From the NCBI GenBank assembly GCA_964355655.1, contig CAYHDT010000003.1:15867-79866 (forward strand): DNA of 64,000 nucleotides, written 5' to 3'. Positions 27,509-36,851 of the stretch are shown one piece after another. Source of the DNA: an uncultured Candidatus Saccharibacteria bacterium (GTDB lineage Bacteria; Patescibacteriota; Minisyncoccia; Phycocordibacterales; SBAW01). Below the pieces are notes generated by a model. That model was not told where the DNA came from, ran no database searches, and was given only the letters and a program-made list of their open reading frames with translations. A program made the translations under genes and the position numbers. The stretch's first letter is position 1; every line of letters starts with the position of its first letter.

Positions 27509-28231
27509 ATGGGTATGAAAGGACTCATTTTAGCGGGCGGCAAAGGCACCCGGCTCCAGCCGGCGACTTTGACCATGAACAAGCACATGGTGCCTATTCT
27601 GAACCGGCCGATGATTCTCTATCCGCTCGAGACCCTGCGGTACGCGGGCGTGACCGACGTCATGATAGTAACCGGCGGCGAGCATATCGGCTCTATTGCC
27701 GAGTTTTTGGGCGACGGGACCGAGTATGGCGTACGCCTTACCTACCGCGTGCAAAAAGATGCCGGCGGCATCGCCCAGGCGCTCGGCCTTGCTAAAGACT
27801 TTGTCGGCAACGACTCCGTATTGGTCATACTCGGCGACAACATTTACGAAAACAAAAAACTCCCCGCCGCGCTGCCTGCAGGAGTCGGAACAGACCGCGC
27901 CATGCTGTTTCTGTCGGAGGTCAAAGACCCCCAGCGTTTCGGCGTCGCCGCGGTGGAAAACGGCATCATTACCGGCATAGAGGAAAAGCCGGCCAAACCA
28001 AAAAGCAACTATGCGGTCACCGGCCTCTATCTGTACCCGCCGAACGTGTTCGATATCATACCGAGCCTTGTCCCTTCGGCCCGCGGCGAGCTCGAACTCT
28101 CCGACGTCAACAATTGGTACGTCAAGCGCAACGCGTGTTCGCATCACATTTTCAAAGGATTTTGGTCAGACGCCGGCACGCGCGACTCGCTGAGGGAGGT
28201 TATCGATTGGGTATACGCGCACGAATCTTAA
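27509..28231 (+). CDS. rmlA: Glucose-1-phosphate thymidylyltransferase (short form)
   Basis: LAGGKGTRL, LGDN, EEKP, VTGLY, SARGELE, WSDAGT. Confidence 0.9.
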   Translation: MGMKGLILAGGKGTRLQPATLTMNKHMVPILNRPMILYPLETLRYAGVTDVMIVTGGEHIGSIAEFLGDGTEYGVRLTYRVQKDAGGIAQALGLAKDFVGNDSVLVILGDNIYENKKLPAALPAGVGTDRAMLFLSEVKDPQRFGVAAVENGIITGIEEKPAKPKSNYAVTGLYLYPPNVFDIIPSLVPSARGELELSDVNNWYVKRNACSHHIFKGFWSDAGTRDSLREVIDWVYAHES

Positions 28232-28239
28232 GAGTATAA

Positions 28240-28272
28240 AAAATGCCACTCCGAAGGTCGGGGCGGCATTTT
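28240..28272. terminator. Bidirectional terminator-like hairpin
   Basis: AAAATGCC...GGCATTTT imperfect stem between convergent genes. Confidence 0.6.
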
Positions 28273-28290
28273 GTCTTTTGGGAAAAGAGT

Positions 28291-28935
28291 TTAACTTCCC
28301 CGCTGCTGCATATATGCAAGCGTCTCTTCTGCCGACGGCAGGTTGCCCTGCTCGTAGTAGGCAAAGAGGCGTACTGTCTCCTGGAACATGAAATCCGCGC
28401 GGATGCCGCCGACCTTCCCTTGAGAATGGAGCGCCGGTTCGTCCCACAGTAGCGGAACTCCAAGCACCGGGTACACACGCAGAGAAGGATACTGCCGCCG
28501 ACAAGCGAGCACTGCGGTCATGAACGACCGCAAGAGATGCCAGTACGGAGCAACAAGCACGACCCGCTCCAGCTTCTGCTGCTTAGCATAGACAACCATC
28601 GCTTCAAGTTCGCTCAGAGTATGGATGATCTGTTTTTGATCGGCCATAACCAGAGACCCCTCGATACCGACGATGTTCCCGGCGGCGACATTGCGGCTCA
28701 GTAGCTCCTGCTTCCAGTGGTCGAAGCCGGGGAACCCACAGGCCTCCTCCGTGCCATTGTAGCCGATGAGCCCGATGAGCCCCTTCAGCTCCGCGGCCTT
28801 GTCGAGAACCGAACTTTCGTTCGACCGGGTCTGGCCTACTAAGTAAACCAGATCAGCTTCGGATGGAGGCCGCGAAGCGTCCTCCATTACCTTGCGGAAA
28901 AGCTTGTTAAGCGTGTCGGCATTTAGCACCCGCAC
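28291..28935 (-). CDS. Hypothetical protein, YdcF/DUF218-like
   Basis: HTLSE and VVLVAPYWHLLRS resemble YdcF motifs; GTG start. Confidence 0.6.
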   Translation of the reverse strand: MRVLNADTLNKLFRKVMEDASRPPSEADLVYLVGQTRSNESSVLDKAAELKGLIGLIGYNGTEEACGFPGFDHWKQELLSRNVAAGNIVGIEGSLVMADQKQIIHTLSELEAMVVYAKQQKLERVVLVAPYWHLLRSFMTAVLACRRQYPSLRVYPVLGVPLLWDEPALHSQGKVGGIRADFMFQETVRLFAYYEQGNLPSAEETLAYMQQRGS

Positions 28936-28985
28936 CCCCTCTTCTGGAATCTGAGATTCTGTCTATATTCCTTTTAGCACGTTCC

Positions 28986-30050
28986 TTAATTTTTGTCAAG
29001 CGATTCGAACACCGCTATCAGACGAGGAATTATTGCATTAAAACAATATTCTTCTTCGACGCGTTTCTGCCCGGCAGCGCCAAGTTTTGTCCGGAGTTGT
29101 CGGTCAAGGAGTAGTTGTTCTAGCTTGTCCACCCATTCGTCTTCATTTGCGGCGATAAAGCCGTTGACTCCGTCCGTAATAATGTAGGGCATCTCGCCGA
29201 ATTCGCTCACGATAGACGCAACTCCGCACGCCATATACTCAAGGATTTTGAAAGATGTCTTGGCTTTGTTCCACTCGCCATCGTTTTTATGCGGAAGAAC
29301 GCCTATGTCAAATTTCTGAATTTCCCGCGGCACGCTCTGCGGATTATTCCATTCCAGCGCATCAATAAACTCGACCTCAATGCCCGGAATATGCCGGAAT
29401 GTGTCATATACTTTCTGATTCTTCAGCGCTCCGATAAGTACAAACTTGAAGGGGACGCTGCTTTTTTTGAGCAGTCGCTCAAAGACAGCTGCGAGATTCT
29501 GGAGATTAAAAAGGTGTTCAGGTCCCGTACCTACCCACCCTACTACCACAGGGCTTGAAGGAATTAAATAATCCTTGGTAAATTTTTTATACGCTGCAAG
29601 ATTAAGAGCGATATGTATAACCTGAACGTTTTTATTAAACTGACGCGCCCACTGCGCCTGAGCATGGCTGCAGGTAATAACCACCTCCGCCATTTTACAG
29701 AACATCTTAGTCTTAAAAAAGCTATGCAGGTAGACCGGGTCGTCAAAGTCAAAAATCATCTTCCGACGGAAGAGCTTCAGATACACGACCATAATCACAA
29801 AGAAATATTTATTTGCTATAGTGCGCTGCAAATACACGATGTCACCTTTTTTGATATGACGGAGCGAGCCTATCATTTGTAGGATGAGTAGAAACTTTTT
29901 CGGCCAGTGCGTCCGCGAAAGCATGAGTGCTGGGGGGTGGTGGATGACCGCGTCTACTCCTCGTGCCCGTAGCTCCTCCACGACCCGGAACGCGCGCTGG
30001 CGCGAAGAGCCGCCCATTGCATCGCTAAAGGTAAAAAAATGCGTGGTCAC
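28986..30050 (-). CDS. GT4 glycosyltransferase
   Basis: FDFDD, GWVG, KILEYMACG. Confidence 0.9.
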   Translation of the reverse strand: MTTHFFTFSDAMGGSSRQRAFRVVEELRARGVDAVIHHPPALMLSRTHWPKKFLLILQMIGSLRHIKKGDIVYLQRTIANKYFFVIMVVYLKLFRRKMIFDFDDPVYLHSFFKTKMFCKMAEVVITCSHAQAQWARQFNKNVQVIHIALNLAAYKKFTKDYLIPSSPVVVGWVGTGPEHLFNLQNLAAVFERLLKKSSVPFKFVLIGALKNQKVYDTFRHIPGIEVEFIDALEWNNPQSVPREIQKFDIGVLPHKNDGEWNKAKTSFKILEYMACGVASIVSEFGEMPYIITDGVNGFIAANEDEWVDKLEQLLLDRQLRTKLGAAGQKRVEEEYCFNAIIPRLIAVFESLDKN

Positions 30051-30055
30051 AGCGC

Positions 30056-31081
30056 TTACTGTATAAGACCGCTCTTTCTAATACAAGCCGCGGCTACTTC
30101 CGCCATGGATATTTGGTTAATACAGTCCGGATAGTGTTTGAAAACGTGCGGCTTGCATAAATCTTCGCGGGAAAATTGCGCAATTGGCGCGTCCGGGCCG
30201 TACTGTCCGGGGAACCACCAATTAGGGCCCAGGCACGTCCGGAGGACAACGAGCGGGCGGTGCAAGTGCGCGGTAAGGTGCGCCACGCCGGTATCAACGG
30301 ACACTACTCCCGCCGCGGCGGCGATAAGTCCCAACATCTCCTGCAAGGTCGCCTCCCCCGCCACAACAGTAGCGCGCGGCAAGCCTTCGGCGATACGCAG
30401 CGCCACAGCGCGGTCGACCTCTCCCCCGCTAAGCACGCAGTGCACGTATGGAGCCGCTTTTTGCAACTCCACTATAAGCTCGCGGACTTTATCCGGATGG
30501 AGGCTGCGGCCGGCATTGCCGGCAAAAGGATGAACAATGACATACGAACCCGCGGCCAAGTTAAATTTCTGCAGGACATCTCTTGCCGCGCGAGCTCGCA
30601 AAGCGGGATACGCGACCGGCACCCCGAGCCCCGCCGCGCGCAAAACTTCTCTTTCGTGCTCCGCGACTGCCGCGTCAGAACGGACAGGCAGGAGCCGGCT
30701 GTATAATGCGCTGTTCCATCGAAACGCGTCTGTAAAGCCTATAAATCCTCCCGGTCGCGCCAAGAGCCGGCCGGCGAGTTTGCCCGCGAGTCCGAATTGT
30801 CCGCCGTGCTTGCCCGCATATTGCGTTACCACCAAGTCGCTGCCGTTCCAGTCGCGCCACAACCTCCAAAGACCTTTAAGGTTGCGGCGGTTTGCCTCGA
30901 CGACCTCTATCCAGGGAGTATCCGCGAGCAAGTCGCGTATCATGTTGCCGCGGCCTGCAACTGCTATACCGCAGCGCGCATCGGGAAATTGCGCGTGGAT
31001 ATTTTCGAGCAGATAGCGGGCCATGAGGCAGTCGCCTATGGAGGACGCGCGGAAGACTAAAGCTTTATGCAGGGGTTTCAT
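30056..31081 (-). CDS. GT9 (heptosyltransferase-family) glycosyltransferase
   Basis: SSIGD, VHPFAG, VDTGVAHL. Confidence 0.88.
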   Translation of the reverse strand: MKPLHKALVFRASSIGDCLMARYLLENIHAQFPDARCGIAVAGRGNMIRDLLADTPWIEVVEANRRNLKGLWRLWRDWNGSDLVVTQYAGKHGGQFGLAGKLAGRLLARPGGFIGFTDAFRWNSALYSRLLPVRSDAAVAEHEREVLRAAGLGVPVAYPALRARAARDVLQKFNLAAGSYVIVHPFAGNAGRSLHPDKVRELIVELQKAAPYVHCVLSGGEVDRAVALRIAEGLPRATVVAGEATLQEMLGLIAAAAGVVSVDTGVAHLTAHLHRPLVVLRTCLGPNWWFPGQYGPDAPIAQFSREDLCKPHVFKHYPDCINQISMAEVAAACIRKSGLIQ

Positions 31082-31935
31082 ACTTTCTTATACCGGCCGG
31101 TTAAGCGGCGCGCTTTTACCGCAAGGTTATTGCCTATAGCGTAGGCTGCCGCATAACCGACCGACCGCGCGCAGTAGCCGCGCTTACATTCCCGCGGGAC
31201 GGCAAGTATGTCAAACGGCGCGCTGTCCGTGCGCAAAGCCCAAGCGCGCGGCGCGATAAGCGCCGTAATAAGAGTGAGGCCGCGGACGCGCGCCAGTTCA
31301 TAGGAGCCTTCTCTTTTTTCTATAGGCAAGTAGAGTCGGTATCCCCGAGCGGTAAAAAACCGCGCAAGCTGCCGCGGCGAGGCGCCGTGCGCGCGCAACT
31401 GCGAAAGATTAAGCTCAAAAAAAATGACCGGTCTGCACCTCTCAATCAACGCCGCTCCGCCGGCAAATACTTCGGCCTCCATTCCCTCGACGTCAATTTT
31501 AATAAAATCGGCGCGGGGAACTTCTTGGTCGAGAGTGCCTATCGCGACATCACTGCCCGGCACCAGCGAGTGCGCGCCGGCGTTTGCGGCATTGCGGTGC
31601 GCCATAGAGCCCTGCCCGGCGCGCGCGCCGAGCGCCTTGTTGCGCGTATCGATGTCGCAGCTGTTCTGTAAGGCATTGCGCTTCAGCGTCGCAAAAGTTT
31701 CCGCGGACGGCTCAAACGCCACAACGCGCGCCACAGAGCGTGATATCGGAATTGCAAAAGTCCCGATATGCGCCCCTATGTCCAGCACCACGCTCTCCTT
31801 GCCGGTAAACTGCCTCGCCAGCTCCACCAGCGCCGCATTTGGATGCTTGCCGCGCGCGAGCTGGCCGCTCATTTTTTTGTCGTACACAGGGTCGACAAAA
31901 AACTCGCCGTATATGGTTTTGGTTAAGATATTCAT
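31078..31935 (-). CDS. FkbM-family methyltransferase
   Basis: DIGAHIG, FEP, IKIDVEGME. Confidence 0.9.
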   Translation of the reverse strand: MNILTKTIYGEFFVDPVYDKKMSGQLARGKHPNAALVELARQFTGKESVVLDIGAHIGTFAIPISRSVARVVAFEPSAETFATLKRNALQNSCDIDTRNKALGARAGQGSMAHRNAANAGAHSLVPGSDVAIGTLDQEVPRADFIKIDVEGMEAEVFAGGAALIERCRPVIFFELNLSQLRAHGASPRQLARFFTARGYRLYLPIEKREGSYELARVRGLTLITALIAPRAWALRTDSAPFDILAVPRECKRGYCARSVGYAAAYAIGNNLAVKARRLTGRYKKV

Positions 31936-32825
31936 AATGAAAGCCCTTTGCGGATTTTTTGCAAAAACGCATAAAATGGCAGCGTGCGCGCCCAGGATTT
32001 AAATTTCCGCACGCCGCCGCTTGCGCTTATACGCGCCGGATACCGCCGCTTATGCGGCGGCAGCACTTGCAGCTTTTCTTCGTCTATTGGCAAGCCGTGC
32101 CAAATAAGCCGCGTATGCCCGGAAATTTTAAGCGTGCCGTCATACAGCTGAAACAGCTTGGTCTCGAAGCGGCGGTCGGTATGCAACGCCTCGATAGAGT
32201 TGTCGGTAATGCCGAAACGGGCAAAGAGCTCCCGCTCGACAAAAAAAGCATTCGTCTCATTGGCGGCGACGAGCTCGTACCCTTTTTGCCTGCCAAGCTC
32301 GACGAACGCCCGCAGGCTCGAGCCTTGGAAGACGCTCATATCGCGCGGCTGCACAAACACGGTGTCATTCGGGATAGACGGATTAAACTCCACCAGCATG
32401 ACCCGCGGACGGTACGCTGCCAAAGAATCCCAAAGATGATACTCATTGCCGTCGATGTCGAGCGAGAAGAGGTCAAATTTTTTCGGCAATGCGGTTTTTG
32501 CAAAAATAGTGTCCAAAGACTGCGCCCCTTCAAATGATACGAAAGAATTAATACACGCTACGTTCGGCGCACCGGCAAACTCTTGCTCCAATTTTTTAAA
32601 GTAGGTCGTGTCCGCCTCTATAAGCACGCCGCTCCAACCCTCATGCTTGATGAGCTGCCAGACATTGCTGCCGTGCACGCCGTTTAAGGCGCCAAGCTCG
32701 ACGCACGAGCGCGACCCCGGCCCGATTATTTCAAATATGCGCTTAATAACCCCGTCTTCCCCGTGCTCGGAGGTAACGTCGCGGCTGTACGCAAGAAGAT
32801 TTGCTTTATCAAAGGGCTGGTTCAT
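31932..32825 (-). CDS. FkbM-like methyltransferase
   Basis: SEHGEDG, VELGA, SLDIDGNEY, EFNP. Confidence 0.8.
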   Translation of the reverse strand: MNQPFDKANLLAYSRDVTSEHGEDGVIKRIFEIIGPGSRSCVELGALNGVHGSNVWQLIKHEGWSGVLIEADTTYFKKLEQEFAGAPNVACINSFVSFEGAQSLDTIFAKTALPKKFDLFSLDIDGNEYHLWDSLAAYRPRVMLVEFNPSIPNDTVFVQPRDMSVFQGSSLRAFVELGRQKGYELVAANETNAFFVERELFARFGITDNSIEALHTDRRFETKLFQLYDGTLKISGHTRLIWHGLPIDEEKLQVLPPHKRRYPARISASGGVRKFKSWARTLPFYAFLQKIRKGLSL

Positions 32826-33957
32826 GGAGTGTGGAGTTAATAAAATGTAGCACGCGCTGCGCCCTATGGCTCCACGTTCGGGACTGTACGGCACGCGCAG
32901 CTTCAGCAATAAGCGGGGCGTGCTTTCCGTCGCGCGAGACCGCTTGCCGCACTTTATTTGCCAGATCCTCCGCATTATCCGGCTCATACAGCAAAGCGGA
33001 GCGCGTAGAGAGTATTTCTTTGAGGGCCGGAGTGCCGCTGGCGACTATAGGGCGGCCTGCGGCCATATACTCAAAAAGCTTCATAGGAGACGTCCATCGA
33101 TACGACTGCTCATCGCGCTTTGTACCCAGCACCACCACCGCGTCCGCCGCGGCAATCCACAGCGGCATTTCCTTGTGGGGGCGCCCGCCCGAGAAATACA
33201 GATTTTTTGGGAGAGTCTCTTCCACAACGGCGGCGAATTCATCTTGCGTGCCGCCCACTATTTGCCAGCGGATATCCGGCGTCAACGCGGCGGCTCGCGG
33301 GATTATTTCAAGGCCTTTCCAATCGTAAAATCTCCCGGCATACAGCACAACAGGAACGTCGGGTAATCCTACCGCGGCGCGGGCCGGCGCTTTGTCCTGC
33401 GGAGAAAATGATTCAAGATCGACGCCGTTTTGCTCGACCAGAAAGCGAGCACCGGAGCGCATAAACGTTTTTTTCAGCTCTTTAACAATAATTTCATTTA
33501 TAGCTATGACACCGCGCACCCTCCAAAATAATACCCGTTGGACGAACGTGCGGGGCTTGGCTCCGTGCATTTCGGAAAATAACGGCACAGGAATCAGCGC
33601 CAACAGAAAAGAAGAGTACCGGTCAACATCAACGGTGTAGAGTAAAAAACGTTCTCCTTTCAAGTACCGGTACCATAGAAAGACACTATAGGAGATCATG
33701 AAAGAAAGCGTCATGCAAAAGTAACCGAACCGTTTATAGCGGTGCAGCTCGAGCGCGGGGAGCCACAGCGTCGGAACGTCGACCTTTAATCCGTAAAACT
33801 CCCGCACAGACTCTTGCGCGCCGCGGCGGGGCACAACCAGCGTCAAGTCGACCCCTGCTTCAATAAGCGCTTCGCACATTTTTGCCATCTGGATGCCGTA
33901 CGCTTTTTCGTTCGGCATCCGTGCACTGGCTACATAGTAGAGTGTTTGTTTTTTCAT
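32809..33957 (-). CDS. GT4 glycosyltransferase
   Basis: NGVD, YAGRFYDWKG, SPMKLFEYMAAGRPIV. Confidence 0.9.
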   Translation of the reverse strand: MKKQTLYYVASARMPNEKAYGIQMAKMCEALIEAGVDLTLVVPRRGAQESVREFYGLKVDVPTLWLPALELHRYKRFGYFCMTLSFMISYSVFLWYRYLKGERFLLYTVDVDRYSSFLLALIPVPLFSEMHGAKPRTFVQRVLFWRVRGVIAINEIIVKELKKTFMRSGARFLVEQNGVDLESFSPQDKAPARAAVGLPDVPVVLYAGRFYDWKGLEIIPRAAALTPDIRWQIVGGTQDEFAAVVEETLPKNLYFSGGRPHKEMPLWIAAADAVVVLGTKRDEQSYRWTSPMKLFEYMAAGRPIVASGTPALKEILSTRSALLYEPDNAEDLANKVRQAVSRDGKHAPLIAEAARAVQSRTWSHRAQRVLHFINSTLHEPAL

Positions 33958-33958
33958 A

Positions 33959-34792
33959 TCAGACGCAAAGCAGATTGGCGTATTGTTCTCCATGCAGAGT
34001 GTTGGTAAATGAGCGAATGTCGTCGATCTTCTCTTTGTTTTTTGTGCCTTCGTCTACGCTGTAGAGTACATACCCGTACCGCAGAAGCATTTCGAGCATT
34101 TTGATCGGGTCGTGTCCGCTCTCGCGTATCGATTTTGGATCGTACTCCATAAGCAGTGCGGGTTTCATACTGAGCGTCTTTTGCATGCCCGCAAAGGCGC
34201 GCGGCTCGGCTCCTTGTATGTCGATCTTTATTACATCTACTTTGCCAATGTTATGTTGCTCTAGCCATTCGTCTAATACAATGGTTTTCACTACCTGTTC
34301 TCCCTCGGTATCCGAGGGTTTATATAAAGAGTGCTTGCCCTTGTTTCCTTTTGAGAGAAAGAGCGTGAGCTCGCCCTCTGTGTCTGCCACCGCCACTTGA
34401 GCCGGTTGTATGTTTTTGAAACCGTTATCTGATATATTTTTTTTGAGTATCTCGAAATTCTGCGTCTCTGGTTCAAAAGAGGCAACCACTCCCCCTTCTC
34501 CCACAAGGTGCGCGGCAATAACCGTATAGAGTCCTACGTTTGCGCCGATATCAAGCACGGTCATACCCTTGTGCACCAGTGAGCGAAACAAATCGAGCTG
34601 ATAGGTCTCGTACACACCGAGAGCCAAAGCCCCCGAGATGACCGGGTCCTTGGGATGCAGGTTCACGACGCCTTCTTTAAGACGGACCTGTTTAGGGATA
34701 AGCAAGAGGAGCAGATTGTCGGCCATCCACCGAAGAGGCTTTGGTTTTAATATGACCGTGTATACGAACATTGCTATGTTGGTGAGCGACAT
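33959..34792 (-). CDS. FkbM-family methyltransferase
   Basis: DIGANVG, FEP, KIDIQGAE. Confidence 0.9.
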   Translation of the reverse strand: MSLTNIAMFVYTVILKPKPLRWMADNLLLLLIPKQVRLKEGVVNLHPKDPVISGALALGVYETYQLDLFRSLVHKGMTVLDIGANVGLYTVIAAHLVGEGGVVASFEPETQNFEILKKNISDNGFKNIQPAQVAVADTEGELTLFLSKGNKGKHSLYKPSDTEGEQVVKTIVLDEWLEQHNIGKVDVIKIDIQGAEPRAFAGMQKTLSMKPALLMEYDPKSIRESGHDPIKMLEMLLRYGYVLYSVDEGTKNKEKIDDIRSFTNTLHGEQYANLLCV

Positions 34793-34800
34793 ACAGATAT

Positions 34801-35658
34801 TTACTTTTTCTTGCGCGCAATTACAAACATATTGTCGTGTAAATTTATAGGGATCGCTATGTGCCAAAGCGGCATACGCTCGCAAAAATCAGCAAGAAAT
34901 TTCCACATACGCAATCCTTGCCATATATAGAGCGTTTTAAAAACAAGCTGAGGGGTGAAGCGTTTTCCTATCGTTGTTATACATACTATCTCAAACCCTA
35001 TTCCCTCAAGCATCGTCCGCATATTTTTACGATTGAAATAAAAAAGGTGTTCGGGCGGTATAATGAGATGCCATTTTTTCCCCATGAGTCGCGCATAGAG
35101 GCTCCCCATGTCGGGCGTGTTGATCACCAGCACTCCGCCTTTTATAAGCAGTGTGTAAGCGCGCAGACACTCGGCATAAGGGTCGCTGACATGCTCTATC
35201 ACGTCAAGGATCGTTATCACGTCAAACGGGGGTGCGTCGGGCACATTGTGGAGCGTCCCCGTTATCATGGGTATCCCTTTTTTTGCGGCTTGTCCAGAAG
35301 CGTAGGGGGATATTTCAACTCCGTAGACATCAAAACCAAAACGCTTCGCGATTTGCAGAAAAAAACCAGTGGCGGCGCCTACATCAAGTATCCGTTTACC
35401 GGGGGCGAGCGGCGCTATACGCTTGAGATATTTTTCGAAAGTAGGCACCATAGCCTCTTTGTCGGCATCATAGTTGGAATATCCGGAGTGAGCTGATGCG
35501 CCGGAAAAATAACCCTCTGTATATACTGCGGCAGCATCAGGCACCGGGTGGACAAACGTCAGCGCGCAACCTCTGCAGGTGTAGAGCGTATAGCCATTTT
35601 TGTGCCCAAAAATATCCGATGGCGCCCCGCACAATATGCAATGAGGATTTTTATCCAT
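34801..35658 (-). CDS. Class I SAM-dependent methyltransferase
   Basis: CILC/CRGC, LDVGAATG, DVIEH, PPEHL. Confidence 0.9.
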   Translation of the reverse strand: MDKNPHCILCGAPSDIFGHKNGYTLYTCRGCALTFVHPVPDAAAVYTEGYFSGASAHSGYSNYDADKEAMVPTFEKYLKRIAPLAPGKRILDVGAATGFFLQIAKRFGFDVYGVEISPYASGQAAKKGIPMITGTLHNVPDAPPFDVITILDVIEHVSDPYAECLRAYTLLIKGGVLVINTPDMGSLYARLMGKKWHLIIPPEHLFYFNRKNMRTMLEGIGFEIVCITTIGKRFTPQLVFKTLYIWQGLRMWKFLADFCERMPLWHIAIPINLHDNMFVIARKKK

Positions 35659-36406
35659 GATGAGGGCGGGTGGCGGTGGCCACAGAAGGGTCGCTGAACC
35701 ACCGGCGATAAAATAATCGCCATGGAGTCTTAAGACCCTCTCTGATTATATGACGCGAGATCTTCGACTCTCCCTCCCGTCGAGCTTTAAATATAATGGG
35801 GACTTCTTTGACATTGCATTTGAGCGTGTGCGCCGCACAAAATTTTAACTCCATTTGGAACGCATATCCGGACGCTCGTATATGAGAAAAATCTACCTTG
35901 CGCAGCAAGTTCGTCCGAAAGCACATGAAGCCAGCCGTTAAGTCTTTGATAGGAAGCCCCATGATAGTGCGGGCATATAGATTACCAACTTGCGAGAGTG
36001 TGTAGCGCCACTTCTCCCAATTTTCAATTCCTCCACCTTTTACATATCGAGAACCTATGACCAAATCATACTTTTCGCTTGCAGAAAGAAGGTCTCGTAA
36101 ATACTGCGCCGCATGCGAGCCGTCGGCATCCATAGTGACCACCCGGTCGACCGATTCGTCTTTGATTACTTGCAACATCCCGGCCTTGTATGCCTCTCCA
36201 AGGCCGTCTTTGCCGGGACGCGAGAGAAGCGCCAGGTTTGGATAGGTGCCCATCAGCGAGCGCACGGCCTCTCCTGTACCGTCGGGGGAAGAGTCGTCAA
36301 TAACGAGGACGCGCAACGCGGGGTCTATCTTAAAAATCTCTTCTACGATAAGCGAAATGTTATCTCGCTCATTATAGGTAGGTAATAATACGACAGTCTT
36401 ATTCAT
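35651..36406 (-). CDS. Polyprenol-phosphate glycosyltransferase (DPM1-like GT2)
   Basis: PTYNE, DDSSPDGT, MDADGSH, GSRY, DLTAGF. Confidence 0.9.
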   Translation of the reverse strand: MNKTVVLLPTYNERDNISLIVEEIFKIDPALRVLVIDDSSPDGTGEAVRSLMGTYPNLALLSRPGKDGLGEAYKAGMLQVIKDESVDRVVTMDADGSHAAQYLRDLLSASEKYDLVIGSRYVKGGGIENWEKWRYTLSQVGNLYARTIMGLPIKDLTAGFMCFRTNLLRKVDFSHIRASGYAFQMELKFCAAHTLKCNVKEVPIIFKARREGESKISRHIIREGLKTPWRLFYRRWFSDPSVATATRPHHG

Positions 36407-36831
36407 ACTCTGGTACGGAAGGTTATAAAGTAATTTGCAATAAAACTCAATGCCGCAAGAATTACAATAATACTTACCTGCGCCATGAGGTACCATACAT
36501 GGAAGAAGTTGAGCCCCAACGCTTCTAGCAGGACTTTAGCGAGATGCAAGAGAGAAACATTTAACCCGAGATTTATCAGTGCAATAAAAGTGTACAAAGA
36601 AAATTGTTTGTGCAGTTGTTCGCGCGCATAGTCCCGAAATGTCCAATATTTTTGGAGTGTAAACGTTACGGCAAGGGCGAGACAGAAACCGACCGTCGCA
36701 CCAACAAGGTAGTGTGCTTGCAGATGCAGTAACTCTACCCATATATAGAGCGTCGTAGTTTGTATGAGCCCGCCGGAAACCCCAACAACACCATACCGCA
36801 GAAGAAACCAGGAATTTGAAGAAATATTCAT
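36403..36831 (-). CDS. GtrA-family flippase
   Basis: RYGVVG, QKYWTF, four TM helices. Confidence 0.88.
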   Translation of the reverse strand: MNISSNSWFLLRYGVVGVSGGLIQTTTLYIWVELLHLQAHYLVGATVGFCLALAVTFTLQKYWTFRDYAREQLHKQFSLYTFIALINLGLNVSLLHLAKVLLEALGLNFFHVWYLMAQVSIIVILAALSFIANYFITFRTRV

Positions 36832-36851
36832 GATACGTATCTATACCACAT

